From an uncultured Desulfobacterales bacterium (GTDB taxonomy: Bacteria; Desulfobacterota; Desulfobacteria; Desulfobacterales; UBA11574), in the NCBI GenBank assembly GCA_937998305.1, contig CALLDL010000033.1:6094-70093 (forward strand): a stretch of DNA of 64,000 bases. The letters run 5' to 3'. A program made the position numbers and the translations under genes. The notes beneath the pieces are model-generated. The model ran no database searches. It saw nothing but the letters and a program-made list of their open reading frames with translations, and was not told the origin of the DNA. This document shows positions 1 to 8,874 of the stretch, piece after piece (position 1 is the first letter of the stretch; every line of letters begins with the position of its first letter).

Positions 1-957
1 GCAGCGCACATCCCGATGATACATCTTGCTCTGGGTGAACGATCCGTAAACATAGACCTCCTCCAGAATTTGACCGTCGGCAAAGTACAAATTTTCGGTG
101 AGTTGGCTGGGTAGCAGGCTGTCCAGAAGATCAGGTTCTGCATGGGTATAATCGCCCAAAGCCGCCCGTCTGGAATGACACGGCGCACACAGCTCCACCA
201 TTTTGCGCGAGTTGATCCCGGAAGTTTTTATCACCAGTTCATAGTTCTCCACTTTCGGCCGAGCCATATCCGGCAGCTGGGCCCATTCCACATGTCTGGA
301 ACCGGGTCCGTGGCAGGCCTCGCACCCCACGTCGATATCCGACCAGGTTGTCTTATAGGTATCTGTTTTTAAGTCATAATTCTTTTTTAAATTAGTGGAA
401 TGACACTCGGCACACATGCCGTTCCAGTTTTGTCCGGCATTGGTCCAGTACAACCAGTCCCTTGGGGCAAGGGTTTCCTTTGGGTAAAGGTGATACCATT
501 TTTTTTCTCTTACATCCCAGGCAATGGGAAGGCATTGCAAGCGGCCGCCTGGAAACGGAACGAGGTACTGCTGCAACGGATACCAGCCAAAGGTGTGAGT
601 AATCTCAAACTTCGCCATCTCGCCGTCAGGGCCCTGTGTGTGAACAAAATACCTGCCGTCCTTTTGATAAAAGAGAGAAGTGACCCCAAGGTTTTCAAAA
701 ACAGCGGTGTCAAAATCTCCTAAAACGGTGTTCTTATCGGCAACCTCCATGGCATGATCGTGGTGAGAATTCTGCCATTTGTCGAATTCTCTTTTGTGAC
801 AGTCCTTACACTTTTGTGTGCCGACAAAGGTAGCCGATGGCTTTGATTGAACTCCCTCTGAACCCGGTGCGATATACTTATGTTTCAGAAGATAAAAGGG
901 TACTGAAAGGACGATGACGATGGTCGCAACAACACCGGTGATTTTCCATCTTTTCAT
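1..957 (-). CDS. multiheme c-type cytochrome (cytochrome c554/NrfA-like family), N-terminal part; 3' end lies beyond the window edge
   Basis: Absent from the ORF track because it runs off the edge. My translation from the ATG at 955-957 gives MKRWKITGVVATIVIVLSVPF...FVGTQKCKDCHKREFDKWQNSHHDHAM... It has four CxxCH heme motifs (CKDCH, CAECH, CEACH, CAPCH). The start lies 3 nt after the Rieske stop. Confidence 0.8.
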   Translation of the reverse strand, partial: MKRWKITGVVATIVIVLSVPFYLLKHKYIAPGSEGVQSKPSATFVGTQKCKDCHKREFDKWQNSHHDHAMEVADKNTVLGDFDTAVFENLGVTSLFYQKDGRYFVHTQGPDGEMAKFEITHTFGWYPLQQYLVPFPGGRLQCLPIAWDVREKKWYHLYPKETLAPRDWLYWTNAGQNWNGMCAECHSTNLKKNYDLKTDTYKTTWSDIDVGCEACHGPGSRHVEWAQLPDMARPKVENYELVIKTSGINSRKMVELCAPCHSRRAALGDYTHAEPDLLDSLLPSQLTENLYFADGQILEEVYVYGSFTQSKMYHRDVRC

Positions 958-959
958 AT

Positions 960-1490
960 TTAAGCCTTTTTAGCGTACACAACCTGATCAGTACGAAAAC
1001 CACTACGTTTGATCCGCTTACCGGTGTCCACTTTAACGATGTTGTTCTCGACATATAAATGATAAACATCCAAGGCACGGGGAGCAGGTGGGCTGATCAC
1101 CTCTCCTCTGATGTCAAATGCCGAAGCGTGACAGGGACAGACGAATTTCTTCTCTTTATCTGACCAAGGAACAGTACATCCGAGGTGGGTACACTTACGG
1201 GAAACAGCCAGAAAACCACCGTCTTCCAATCTGCATAGGTAAAATTTGCCCCGAATGAAGGCCGTTACGGAGTTGAGAGAGAATTTGTCAGCCTTGCCGG
1301 CTTCGATAATGGTTCCAAAGTCGCCGGTTTTTGTCTTTTTTTTTCGAGGAAGGAGAAAGGCGGTCACAACACCGATGAATTCGATAAAGGCAACAATCCC
1401 CAGGCCGACCCAGAATATAAAGAGAAAAGAGCGACGAGAAGGCATTTGCTCAGTTTCATTCATTTTATGTTGTTTTTTCGTTTCAGACAT
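960..1490 (-). CDS. Rieske 2Fe-2S protein of a cytochrome bc-type complex
   Basis: 176 aa. N-terminal TM helix followed by Rieske motifs CTHLGC and CPCHAS. Confidence 0.9.
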   Translation of the reverse strand: MSETKKQHKMNETEQMPSRRSFLFIFWVGLGIVAFIEFIGVVTAFLLPRKKKTKTGDFGTIIEAGKADKFSLNSVTAFIRGKFYLCRLEDGGFLAVSRKCTHLGCTVPWSDKEKKFVCPCHASAFDIRGEVISPPAPRALDVYHLYVENNIVKVDTGKRIKRSGFRTDQVVYAKKA

Positions 1491-1601
1491 GATGATTATA
1501 TCTGTGCCCTTCTCAGTGATCAGTAATCAGGTCTTTCTCCACAAAACTGCTTTGCTTTTCTCATCATGGAGTTTAGCATGCGCCCAATTTCTGATTATGG
1601 A

Positions 1602-2990
1602 TCAAAACGGCCATGTTAACTTCATTCCCGGTCCTCTGAACCATGTCCCGGTTACAGTCAATATGAGAAATACCACCAAAATAAAAACAAAAAGCGCTTG
1701 GGTGGTTTCATTATTCGAAGCGGAATACCGGTGTTTTATGAGGATGTAAAATCCTGCACATCCGAAAAAAATGAATGCAAACGGGATGAGACCGTTGCCG
1801 AAAAAAGTCGGAATACCGCTTAATCCGGCGGCAAAATCGATGAGGTACTCGTCCGCCAGAATTCCCATAGGTCCGGCGGCTATTGCGATAAGACCCGCAA
1901 TCAGGGCCATCTTTCGCCCTTTTATAGAAGCAAACCAGATACCCTCGGTGTTGGTGTCGTATTTCAGATAGGGTATTCCCATCAAAGTGACAAACAAAAC
2001 CAATGGAATGATAAACACCGCAAACAGCGGATGAAGATGCAGCAGGAGTTCTTGAAGCCCGGCAAAATACCATGGCGCTTTGGTGGGGTTGGGGCTCAAT
2101 CCGGGATTGGCTGAATCTCCCAAAGGGGTATCAAAAGAAACGGACACCACCATCACAACAGCGATAAGCACCAGGGCCACCACTACTTCACGGAGAAGTA
2201 GATGAGGCAGGGTCGGTACTCGAACCGGTTTTTTTTCAATATCTTCTCCCGATGCTCTGGGAATAACCAGGCCACCTGTTTTACGGATTCTCCAAAAATG
2301 AAAGGCCATTAGTATGATCAGGCCCACCGGAACTACAGCCGTGTGTATGGCAAAAAATATGCTTAGCGTAGCCGGACCAATTTCATTGCCGCCTTGAATT
2401 ATTTCTTGCAGTCGGTTACCAACTACAGGGATGTATTCCAGCATGCCAGTGGAGACTGTTACCGCCCAGTAAGCCAGTTGATCGTAGGGCAACAAATAAC
2501 CGGTAAAATTGGCGGTTAACACCAGGCCAAACAACCCCAGACCGATAATCCAGCTAAACTGCCGCGGCGGATGAAAGGCACCGGTGAAAAATACCCGCAA
2601 CATGTGCAGAAACACGATCAGCACCAGAAAGTTGGCACACCAGTGGTGAATGTTGCGAATCAGGTATCCGAACATCACCTCGTTTTGCAACATCTGAATC
2701 GATGAATAGGCGGCAACAGGAATCGGCTTATAGACAAACTTAAGCAAAAGCCCCGTTCCAAACTGTAGAATTATCAACAGAGCCGCCATTCCGCCCAACC
2801 CCCATGTTAGGGAAAATTTCAGTGTTTTTTCCGGAACCGTAGGGGGTCTAAAATGCAGAATGAGATTCTTTAACAGGTAGCGCTTGCGCTCCTGGTCAGA
2901 TTTTGGAATAAGTGGATAAGGGAAAATGGAACGAAATAGTTGATGGAAAAATCCTGTGGTCTCCGGTGATGGCTTATGTTTTGGTTTCAT
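1602..2990 (-). CDS. cytochrome b (b6-like N-half fused to subunit-IV-like C-half)
   Basis: 462 aa polytopic protein. Heme-ligand His pairs occur in NIHHWCANFLVLIVFLHMLRVF and FFAIHTAVVPVGLIILMAFHFW. It is followed in the same direction by the Rieske and cytochrome c genes. Confidence 0.9.
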   Translation of the reverse strand: MKPKHKPSPETTGFFHQLFRSIFPYPLIPKSDQERKRYLLKNLILHFRPPTVPEKTLKFSLTWGLGGMAALLIILQFGTGLLLKFVYKPIPVAAYSSIQMLQNEVMFGYLIRNIHHWCANFLVLIVFLHMLRVFFTGAFHPPRQFSWIIGLGLFGLVLTANFTGYLLPYDQLAYWAVTVSTGMLEYIPVVGNRLQEIIQGGNEIGPATLSIFFAIHTAVVPVGLIILMAFHFWRIRKTGGLVIPRASGEDIEKKPVRVPTLPHLLLREVVVALVLIAVVMVVSVSFDTPLGDSANPGLSPNPTKAPWYFAGLQELLLHLHPLFAVFIIPLVLFVTLMGIPYLKYDTNTEGIWFASIKGRKMALIAGLIAIAAGPMGILADEYLIDFAAGLSGIPTFFGNGLIPFAFIFFGCAGFYILIKHRYSASNNETTQALFVFILVVFLILTVTGTWFRGPGMKLTWPF

Positions 2991-3149
2991 TCAAATGCTA
3001 AAAATAGAGAGTACAATTGTTAAAAGCACCTCCTATTACCATCGACAGAGTTTCCGGTCAAGCCATGATTTATCAAGGTTAATATCACAAGGCTTGGGGT
3101 CACTTTTCAGATGAAATATCCAAAAGTTTTGAATTGATGATTTGGAACC

Positions 3150-3247
3150 AAGGCCGAATCCATCATCAGGGTGTTCTGGATTTAAGGTTTAAAGCATAAA
3201 CCTATCATTCTGATGTTTCCAGAACTCCTGATGACAAATTCGGCCTT
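3150..3247. repeat. imperfect 31-bp inverted repeat (long hairpin) in intergenic region
   Basis: AAGGCCGAATCCATCATCAGGGTGTTCTGGA (3150-3180) pairs with TCCAGAACTCCTGATGACAAATTCGGCCTT (3218-3247). An inner AGGTTTA/TAAACCT stem is also present. Confidence 0.5.
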
Positions 3248-3378
3248 CAGTGAACTTTAAATGATGATCAGTCCTTTAGACCGGTTCAGGTTTTCTAGTA
3301 ACCACGACATGTTTTTATCATTTGGCAAGCAAATTTGAACTTTTTTTCTAAAAGCGCTTAGCAAAGTGAAGCGGACAA

Positions 3379-4464
3379 TTAATCAAGACCCATCACAATA
3401 CTTTCAACCCGCCTGTTTTGCTGGCGTCCCTCTTCCGTGCTGTTGCTGGCCACCGGATCTTTTTTGCCGTACCACTGGGTGATGATTCTCCCGATACTCA
3501 CCCCAGAGTATTGGGTCAGGTAATCCTGAACCTTTTCGGCCCTGCGTCTGGCAAGCCACAGGTTGTATTCTTTAGAACCGGTAATGTCGGTATATCCTGA
3601 AAGAACAACATATGTTTTAGGATGCTCTCGTAAGAAATCCCCCAGTTTGTTCAGTTCCTCATTAAACGAAGATGGTATGACCGAACTGTTGAAATCAAAC
3701 TGGATGTTGTCGACCTTTAAGCCGGCAAGATAATCTATGGTTTCAATTGTTTCAATTGTTTTAACATCAATTTCATAAAGGGCGCCGGTCATGTATTCCG
3801 GTCTTCCCAGCAAATATTCAAAAGGAACCACCCGAGAACACTGGTTGATCGATGCCAAAGCCTTCAATATTTCTTTATGATGGCCACCCTTGGCAGTGCT
3901 GATGACATAAAAGCAGACATCTTGTTTGTCGGCGATTTCTTTTGCGATGTCAACCGGCTTTTTCATGCCGGGGGTGGGTGTGTAATAGCCGTCGGTAAAG
4001 AGAAAAACCACCGTTCTTCCTGAAAGCCCTGCTAAAACACCACGAAGCTTACTCAGACTTTCCACCATCAGCGTTGCGCCACTTCCCTTGGCCGGTAATT
4101 GATCCAGAGCAGCAGCAACTTTTTCCCGGTCATATTTCTGCACCGCGTAAATGGGTTTGAAGTTCGAAAGCAAATATAACCCGGCATTGTATCCCAAATC
4201 CGGCAAGGTTTTGTTTTTTTCTTTGAGAATTTCCTTGGCTGCTTCTAACTTTGACATGCTGGTGTTCCGGTATGGCTCTTTCATAGAGCTGGATGAATCA
4301 AACAGAATAATAAAATTGTCTGCTGTTTTTACAATTTCTACTTCTTGTGCGACGGTCGTAACCGTATCTTGTTCTATGACCTTTTCGGCGGCCATGACAT
4401 GGGGCCCAGTTAAGCCGAGAAACACCAGACCTAAAGCACTTAAAATTATGAACAGTTTTTTCAT
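3379..4464 (-). CDS. secreted vWA domain protein with C-terminal OmpA-like peptidoglycan-binding domain
   Basis: Signal peptide MKKLFIILSALGLVFLGLTGPHVMA. vWA-like block FIILFDSSSSM. C-terminal OmpA signature SGYTDITGSKEYNLWLARRRAEKV...NRRVE. Confidence 0.8.
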   Translation of the reverse strand: MKKLFIILSALGLVFLGLTGPHVMAAEKVIEQDTVTTVAQEVEIVKTADNFIILFDSSSSMKEPYRNTSMSKLEAAKEILKEKNKTLPDLGYNAGLYLLSNFKPIYAVQKYDREKVAAALDQLPAKGSGATLMVESLSKLRGVLAGLSGRTVVFLFTDGYYTPTPGMKKPVDIAKEIADKQDVCFYVISTAKGGHHKEILKALASINQCSRVVPFEYLLGRPEYMTGALYEIDVKTIETIETIDYLAGLKVDNIQFDFNSSVIPSSFNEELNKLGDFLREHPKTYVVLSGYTDITGSKEYNLWLARRRAEKVQDYLTQYSGVSIGRIITQWYGKKDPVASNSTEEGRQQNRRVESIVMGLD

Positions 4465-4700
4465 TGACGAACCTCCTTTTGTTTGATTTTCATTGATAAA
4501 GTTGGCCTATTTTTTCATTTTTGCAAACTTTTAAACCCTCTATGGTCAGGTTGTACATCAATCTCTTTGGCAGTGGCGGCTTAAACGTCAGCTGACTGAA
4601 AAACTGCAAATCATATGACCATGAGAGCAATAACGGCAACGATTGTCAAGTTGCTTTTTTTTCAAACCGTGTAATAACGACAGAGGCGGATAATCCCTAT

Positions 4701-7121
4701 TTACCATTTAAACTGGGAATCCGATTTCAATGCAATCCGGTTGAATCGGTACATATCAAACAGACCTGCTTCAACCGGTTCGTCCTTGAGAAACTTCTCG
4801 TAATGCCAGTCAGATTCTGTCCAGAAACTGGGATCGGTTCTTCGTATGGCATACTTTCTGGCAAAATTGTAATAGCTGAGTTGATCCTTTATTTTGAGAA
4901 AATCTTCAACAACATCCTCTATCTGTTCGATGTGAACACGACAGAACGCGTTTGGATAGCTGCCCACGTAACCCTTTACAAGTGTAAGAGTGTCGTCATC
5001 GACAATGCGCCTTCTCTCTTCACTAAACATGATTGAATTATTGCTCAGCGCCTTGTTTCGGATAACGGTATAGGCCAAGTCATTATCCTTATCACCGGTA
5101 ACAACATGAATAAAGGTCACATCCGGGACCACCTGTATCTCAGGGCCGCGAATCCTCGTCATTTTTCTCAGGGCAAGATCTGCTCTCTGTTCAAGAGGAC
5201 TTGAATTTTCATCAACACAGTTTTTTTCAGGACAGCGGTTCAAATAGTCGTTTGCATTGGCAGCCGGACCTACATACTTGTGTATTTTTTCAAAAAACTC
5301 CTTTTTAGGGTCGTCTGTTGTGTAGACAATTTGGGTGTCCCATTTAAGCCCCCGAAAAGGGTTCTGCAGGTGACTCTTAAATTCAGCTCTTGCACCCTTA
5401 TACCATTCTGCCCGGATCTCCTTGCGCTTATCATTTGGAAGGAAGCTTAAAAAATTGTTTTCTCCCTCCATGCGGAGAAAGTCCATATAGAGACGGGTTT
5501 CGAGTTGATGCCCCACATTGCCATACACGTTGAAACCGGCAACCAGCAGATAATGGATACGCTCAAAAAGTGGAAAGTCAATTACCCAACCGGTTTTGGG
5601 AATTTCTCCCACAAACCCCTTGACAACGCTGGCGCTATCAAAATGTCTGAAAACGGTCAACAGCGCATTGTCATTGTAACCATCGCCGTTCCAGATATGG
5701 GTTATATCATTTCCCCTTTTATCCGGATCCAGTTTGGCAAGATACTGTCCCTTGGCATCCAGGTATTTTTTTTGTTTCCGGTAATAGTCCCACCAGATGC
5801 TCATGATTTTGATATTGCTCTCTCTTTCGGCCGGCAAGTCTAAAAAATCACTTACATTGGCAAGAAAGGTTGTATCATTGCTGATGGTGTCCTTTTTTGG
5901 ATCAAAAAAGGACACAAAGAAGTGGTCGTTAATGACATTAAGGGCGACCTGGCCGCGGCAAACAGGCCCTTTGATAAACCCCATATAGAAAAACTGGGCA
6001 TCATCCAGCAAAAACCTGTAACGGGACCCGGCAGGCAGATCTGCAAATGTCTTGAAGGGATTGGAGGCAGTTTCAGGATCATAGGAGGGCAGTTTATTAA
6101 CCTCATAATCGTTTTGCAGAAAGAGCTGCCGATAGCGATCCATTTTTTGCCGGTTCATGCGATAAACCGTGTGATTTTTTACAACAATGGTTGTTTCTAT
6201 TTTACGAAACCGATAGTAGAATTTTTCAATCCCGGGATCATCATAAGGTCTATCCGTATTGATCTCAACCACCGGTTCTCCCGGAGGTGTTTCAGATCGA
6301 ACTAAACGGTAAAATTCCCGGTCCGGAAAAGAATCAAAATGGATGTGGGCGATGAATAGATGTTCATAAATATAGCGTGACACAAGCTGCTGCTTTAAAG
6401 AACTGCCGTTAAAAAACTCCTCCCACGGATCTATGACCTGTTTTGCCTGATCCGACATCTTAGGCCGAACAGTAACCACGGCCCCCTGAATCAGCCAGTC
6501 AACGATGGTTTTATGTTCCTTGTCAGTCAAACCGGGTAATGCATAGGGCATTCCCCAGAGCGGATATTTTTTCTTGTATTCATTGAAATCTTCTGCAGTT
6601 GTACATTCCTGTTTTCGATCAAGGCTGATATCAAAGGCGGCCGGCAGTAGTTCCGTTGTTGGCTGAGGATGCTCTTTTTTCAGCTCGAGCATCATATTCA
6701 CCACGGAGTTTTCAAGATTTGCCTGGGGCGTCTGATCCCTCTCGTTGAGAACCGGATGAAACTCCATCCTTCGCCATTTTTCCACTGAATCGGCATCAAT
6801 AAAAAGACGGGTCGGTTTTACCCGTTTTAACCTGCTTGTGTCATAAACCAGCTTTTTAGTGCCGCCGCGCTCGATTCCTTCAAAACAGGTCAGTTTTAGC
6901 TGACATGGCGCATCATAACAGCCGTGGCACACATCACAGCGACGTTCCAGTATAGGCTGCACATCATCATAAAAAGAGATCTCACCGGGCGCAAGAAAAT
7001 CAACACGCCGATCTACGGTCTGCACCGGCCCGAATTTTTTGTCCAGCTTTGCAGCCCTGTACGCAGTGCATCCGGCCAGAATGATCAGGGCCGTGATGAA
7101 AAAGAGAAAGGTTTTTTTCAT
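4701..7121 (-). CDS. cti: fatty acid cis/trans isomerase (CTI family, heme c)
   Basis: 806 aa. Lipoprotein-type signal ...IILAGC. N-terminal RCDVCHGCYDAPCQLKL matches the conserved CxxCH-containing CTI signature known from Pseudomonas Cti. Confidence 0.8.
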   Translation of the reverse strand: MKKTFLFFITALIILAGCTAYRAAKLDKKFGPVQTVDRRVDFLAPGEISFYDDVQPILERRCDVCHGCYDAPCQLKLTCFEGIERGGTKKLVYDTSRLKRVKPTRLFIDADSVEKWRRMEFHPVLNERDQTPQANLENSVVNMMLELKKEHPQPTTELLPAAFDISLDRKQECTTAEDFNEYKKKYPLWGMPYALPGLTDKEHKTIVDWLIQGAVVTVRPKMSDQAKQVIDPWEEFFNGSSLKQQLVSRYIYEHLFIAHIHFDSFPDREFYRLVRSETPPGEPVVEINTDRPYDDPGIEKFYYRFRKIETTIVVKNHTVYRMNRQKMDRYRQLFLQNDYEVNKLPSYDPETASNPFKTFADLPAGSRYRFLLDDAQFFYMGFIKGPVCRGQVALNVINDHFFVSFFDPKKDTISNDTTFLANVSDFLDLPAERESNIKIMSIWWDYYRKQKKYLDAKGQYLAKLDPDKRGNDITHIWNGDGYNDNALLTVFRHFDSASVVKGFVGEIPKTGWVIDFPLFERIHYLLVAGFNVYGNVGHQLETRLYMDFLRMEGENNFLSFLPNDKRKEIRAEWYKGARAEFKSHLQNPFRGLKWDTQIVYTTDDPKKEFFEKIHKYVGPAANANDYLNRCPEKNCVDENSSPLEQRADLALRKMTRIRGPEIQVVPDVTFIHVVTGDKDNDLAYTVIRNKALSNNSIMFSEERRRIVDDDTLTLVKGYVGSYPNAFCRVHIEQIEDVVEDFLKIKDQLSYYNFARKYAIRRTDPSFWTESDWHYEKFLKDEPVEAGLFDMYRFNRIALKSDSQFKW

Positions 7122-7155
7122 AAATCAACTCCCGTTGTTCGTTAACATTTCGCAA

Positions 7156-8766
7156 TCAGCGGCGGCCAACAATCCGTATCTTCTTAATGGCCTCCGGTCC
7201 TATATTGACAAACTCCGGTACATTGGCGGCATAGCGGTTATCACTAAAACGGGATAAGCATATCGGAGGACTGTCAACACCGTTTTTATCGATATGTGTC
7301 AGGAAAATTTCCGTAAAAGGGGTGTTGGTTTTGGAACTGAACAGCATCCAATTTCCATTGGGCGAAAAACTGTGCCAGGAGTTGAAAAGCTTACGGTTGC
7401 ATTTCATCCTTCGGGGATCACCGCCGGCAGCAGGTATAATGAAGAGCTCGCTGTCCGGCTGCAACATGATGCCGGTTTTACTGCGAGTAAAGACAATCCA
7501 CTTCCCGTCCGGGGAAAATCTCGGGAAATAGTTGCTCATTCCATTATGACTCGCACCTCTCAGAGGTTCAGGAGTCCCGCCGTTTCCCTGATTGAATGGA
7601 ATTCTGTAAAGATCGAACTGTATGGGAAACCTTTGATTCAACGCATGAATATCAGCATCTTCGGTATGGGTTTGGATGTTTGAGATGTCTTTGTGGTATT
7701 CATTTTTTGTGTTTGCTCTGGCAAATACAATATGCTTTTCATCCCAGCTCCAGCTCGGGTCTGTCTGTACAAAGTCATAATCATCCGCTCCAGGGAGGAG
7801 ATGAAACGCCTTTTTGTCAACCGAATACCAGGCCAGCACGCCGTAAGTCGGGAAGAAGAGCTGGCAGAAGGCAAAATCGTTGGTCAGAGCAGCATAGGAT
7901 ATCTCATGTACCGTACTTACGATGTATTTTCCGGTAGGCGACATTTTTGCAAACAACCCCCGGGTTTTTGGCAGAAGTTCCGGTTTCGGGAAATCATTCC
8001 AGGAGATAAAGTTCGCTTCAGACAATTCGATTTTTTCTTTGACCTTAGTGATAAAATGAGCACCGCTGTCATTATTGTAGTTCATCTCCATACTGATTAA
8101 AGCGCCGTCTTTCGAGAAGAGATGGCAGCTTGCACAAACAGAAAGATTCTTCATTACCACCGCCGGTTTTTCATATGAAGAGATATCGCCAAGACGCCAC
8201 TTTATCTTTTTGAAGTTTTTTTTCCCGACCTTAAACGGGAGCTGAACCTGGCGATAAAATATTGATGCATCAACAGGATCTTTTGAAGTGGAGATGCGGA
8301 TGCTATTTTTTGCAGTGATGTTGCATGCATGTTTGTTGTCAAAACCGTAAACAATGATTTTTGCTGAACCACGGACTGAGTTGGCTTTGATGATCTCCCA
8401 GGTCGGTTTGTCCGGTTCCCAGTAGTGCTTATCCGCAAATGCATAAATCGGCGCATGCTCACCGCTGAATTCAACCATGATAAGCCAGTGTTTCGAGGCA
8501 GTGTTGGTGTCATTCCATGTAATAACAGGTGCAGCGATTTCAGGAGGGAAAACAGCTCCGTCATAGGGGTATGTGATGAGCAAACCGCTGTTGTTTTCGA
8601 TTTTCTCACCATTTTTGATGAGTTTCTGTACCTGATGCAGAGTTTTTTCCGACATCCTTTCCGGTTCGCTCATCCGGCTGTCCCCATTGTTGTCCCCGGA
8701 AAATGCGCTATGGCCCATTGCAATACTTAACAGCAGAATAAAAAGCAGGCTCGATGTCTTTTTCAT
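7156..8766 (-). CDS. periplasmic protein with one CxxCH heme motif and TolB-like (PD40) beta-propeller repeats
   Basis: Signal peptide present. CASCH motif in LSVCASCHLF. PD40-like repeats FSPDGKWIVFTRS and FSPNGNWMLFSS. Lies 34 nt upstream of cti on the same strand. Confidence 0.65.
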   Translation of the reverse strand: MKKTSSLLFILLLSIAMGHSAFSGDNNGDSRMSEPERMSEKTLHQVQKLIKNGEKIENNSGLLITYPYDGAVFPPEIAAPVITWNDTNTASKHWLIMVEFSGEHAPIYAFADKHYWEPDKPTWEIIKANSVRGSAKIIVYGFDNKHACNITAKNSIRISTSKDPVDASIFYRQVQLPFKVGKKNFKKIKWRLGDISSYEKPAVVMKNLSVCASCHLFSKDGALISMEMNYNNDSGAHFITKVKEKIELSEANFISWNDFPKPELLPKTRGLFAKMSPTGKYIVSTVHEISYAALTNDFAFCQLFFPTYGVLAWYSVDKKAFHLLPGADDYDFVQTDPSWSWDEKHIVFARANTKNEYHKDISNIQTHTEDADIHALNQRFPIQFDLYRIPFNQGNGGTPEPLRGASHNGMSNYFPRFSPDGKWIVFTRSKTGIMLQPDSELFIIPAAGGDPRRMKCNRKLFNSWHSFSPNGNWMLFSSKTNTPFTEIFLTHIDKNGVDSPPICLSRFSDNRYAANVPEFVNIGPEAIKKIRIVGRR

Positions 8767-8874
8767 TATTATTATCTTAAAACAAAGTAATTACTCAAGG
8801 TTTGCACTCTTCATTTTCAGCAACGCCAATACAGCATAGCAGTCCGGAAAATATTTTTGTGTTTCTAACTTTCA

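Noticed and set aside
1246-2073. ORFs 1246..1749 (+), 1711..2073 (-) and 1771..1971 (+)
   Set aside because: They overlap the Rieske and cytochrome b genes in other frames or on the other strand. They have no motifs.
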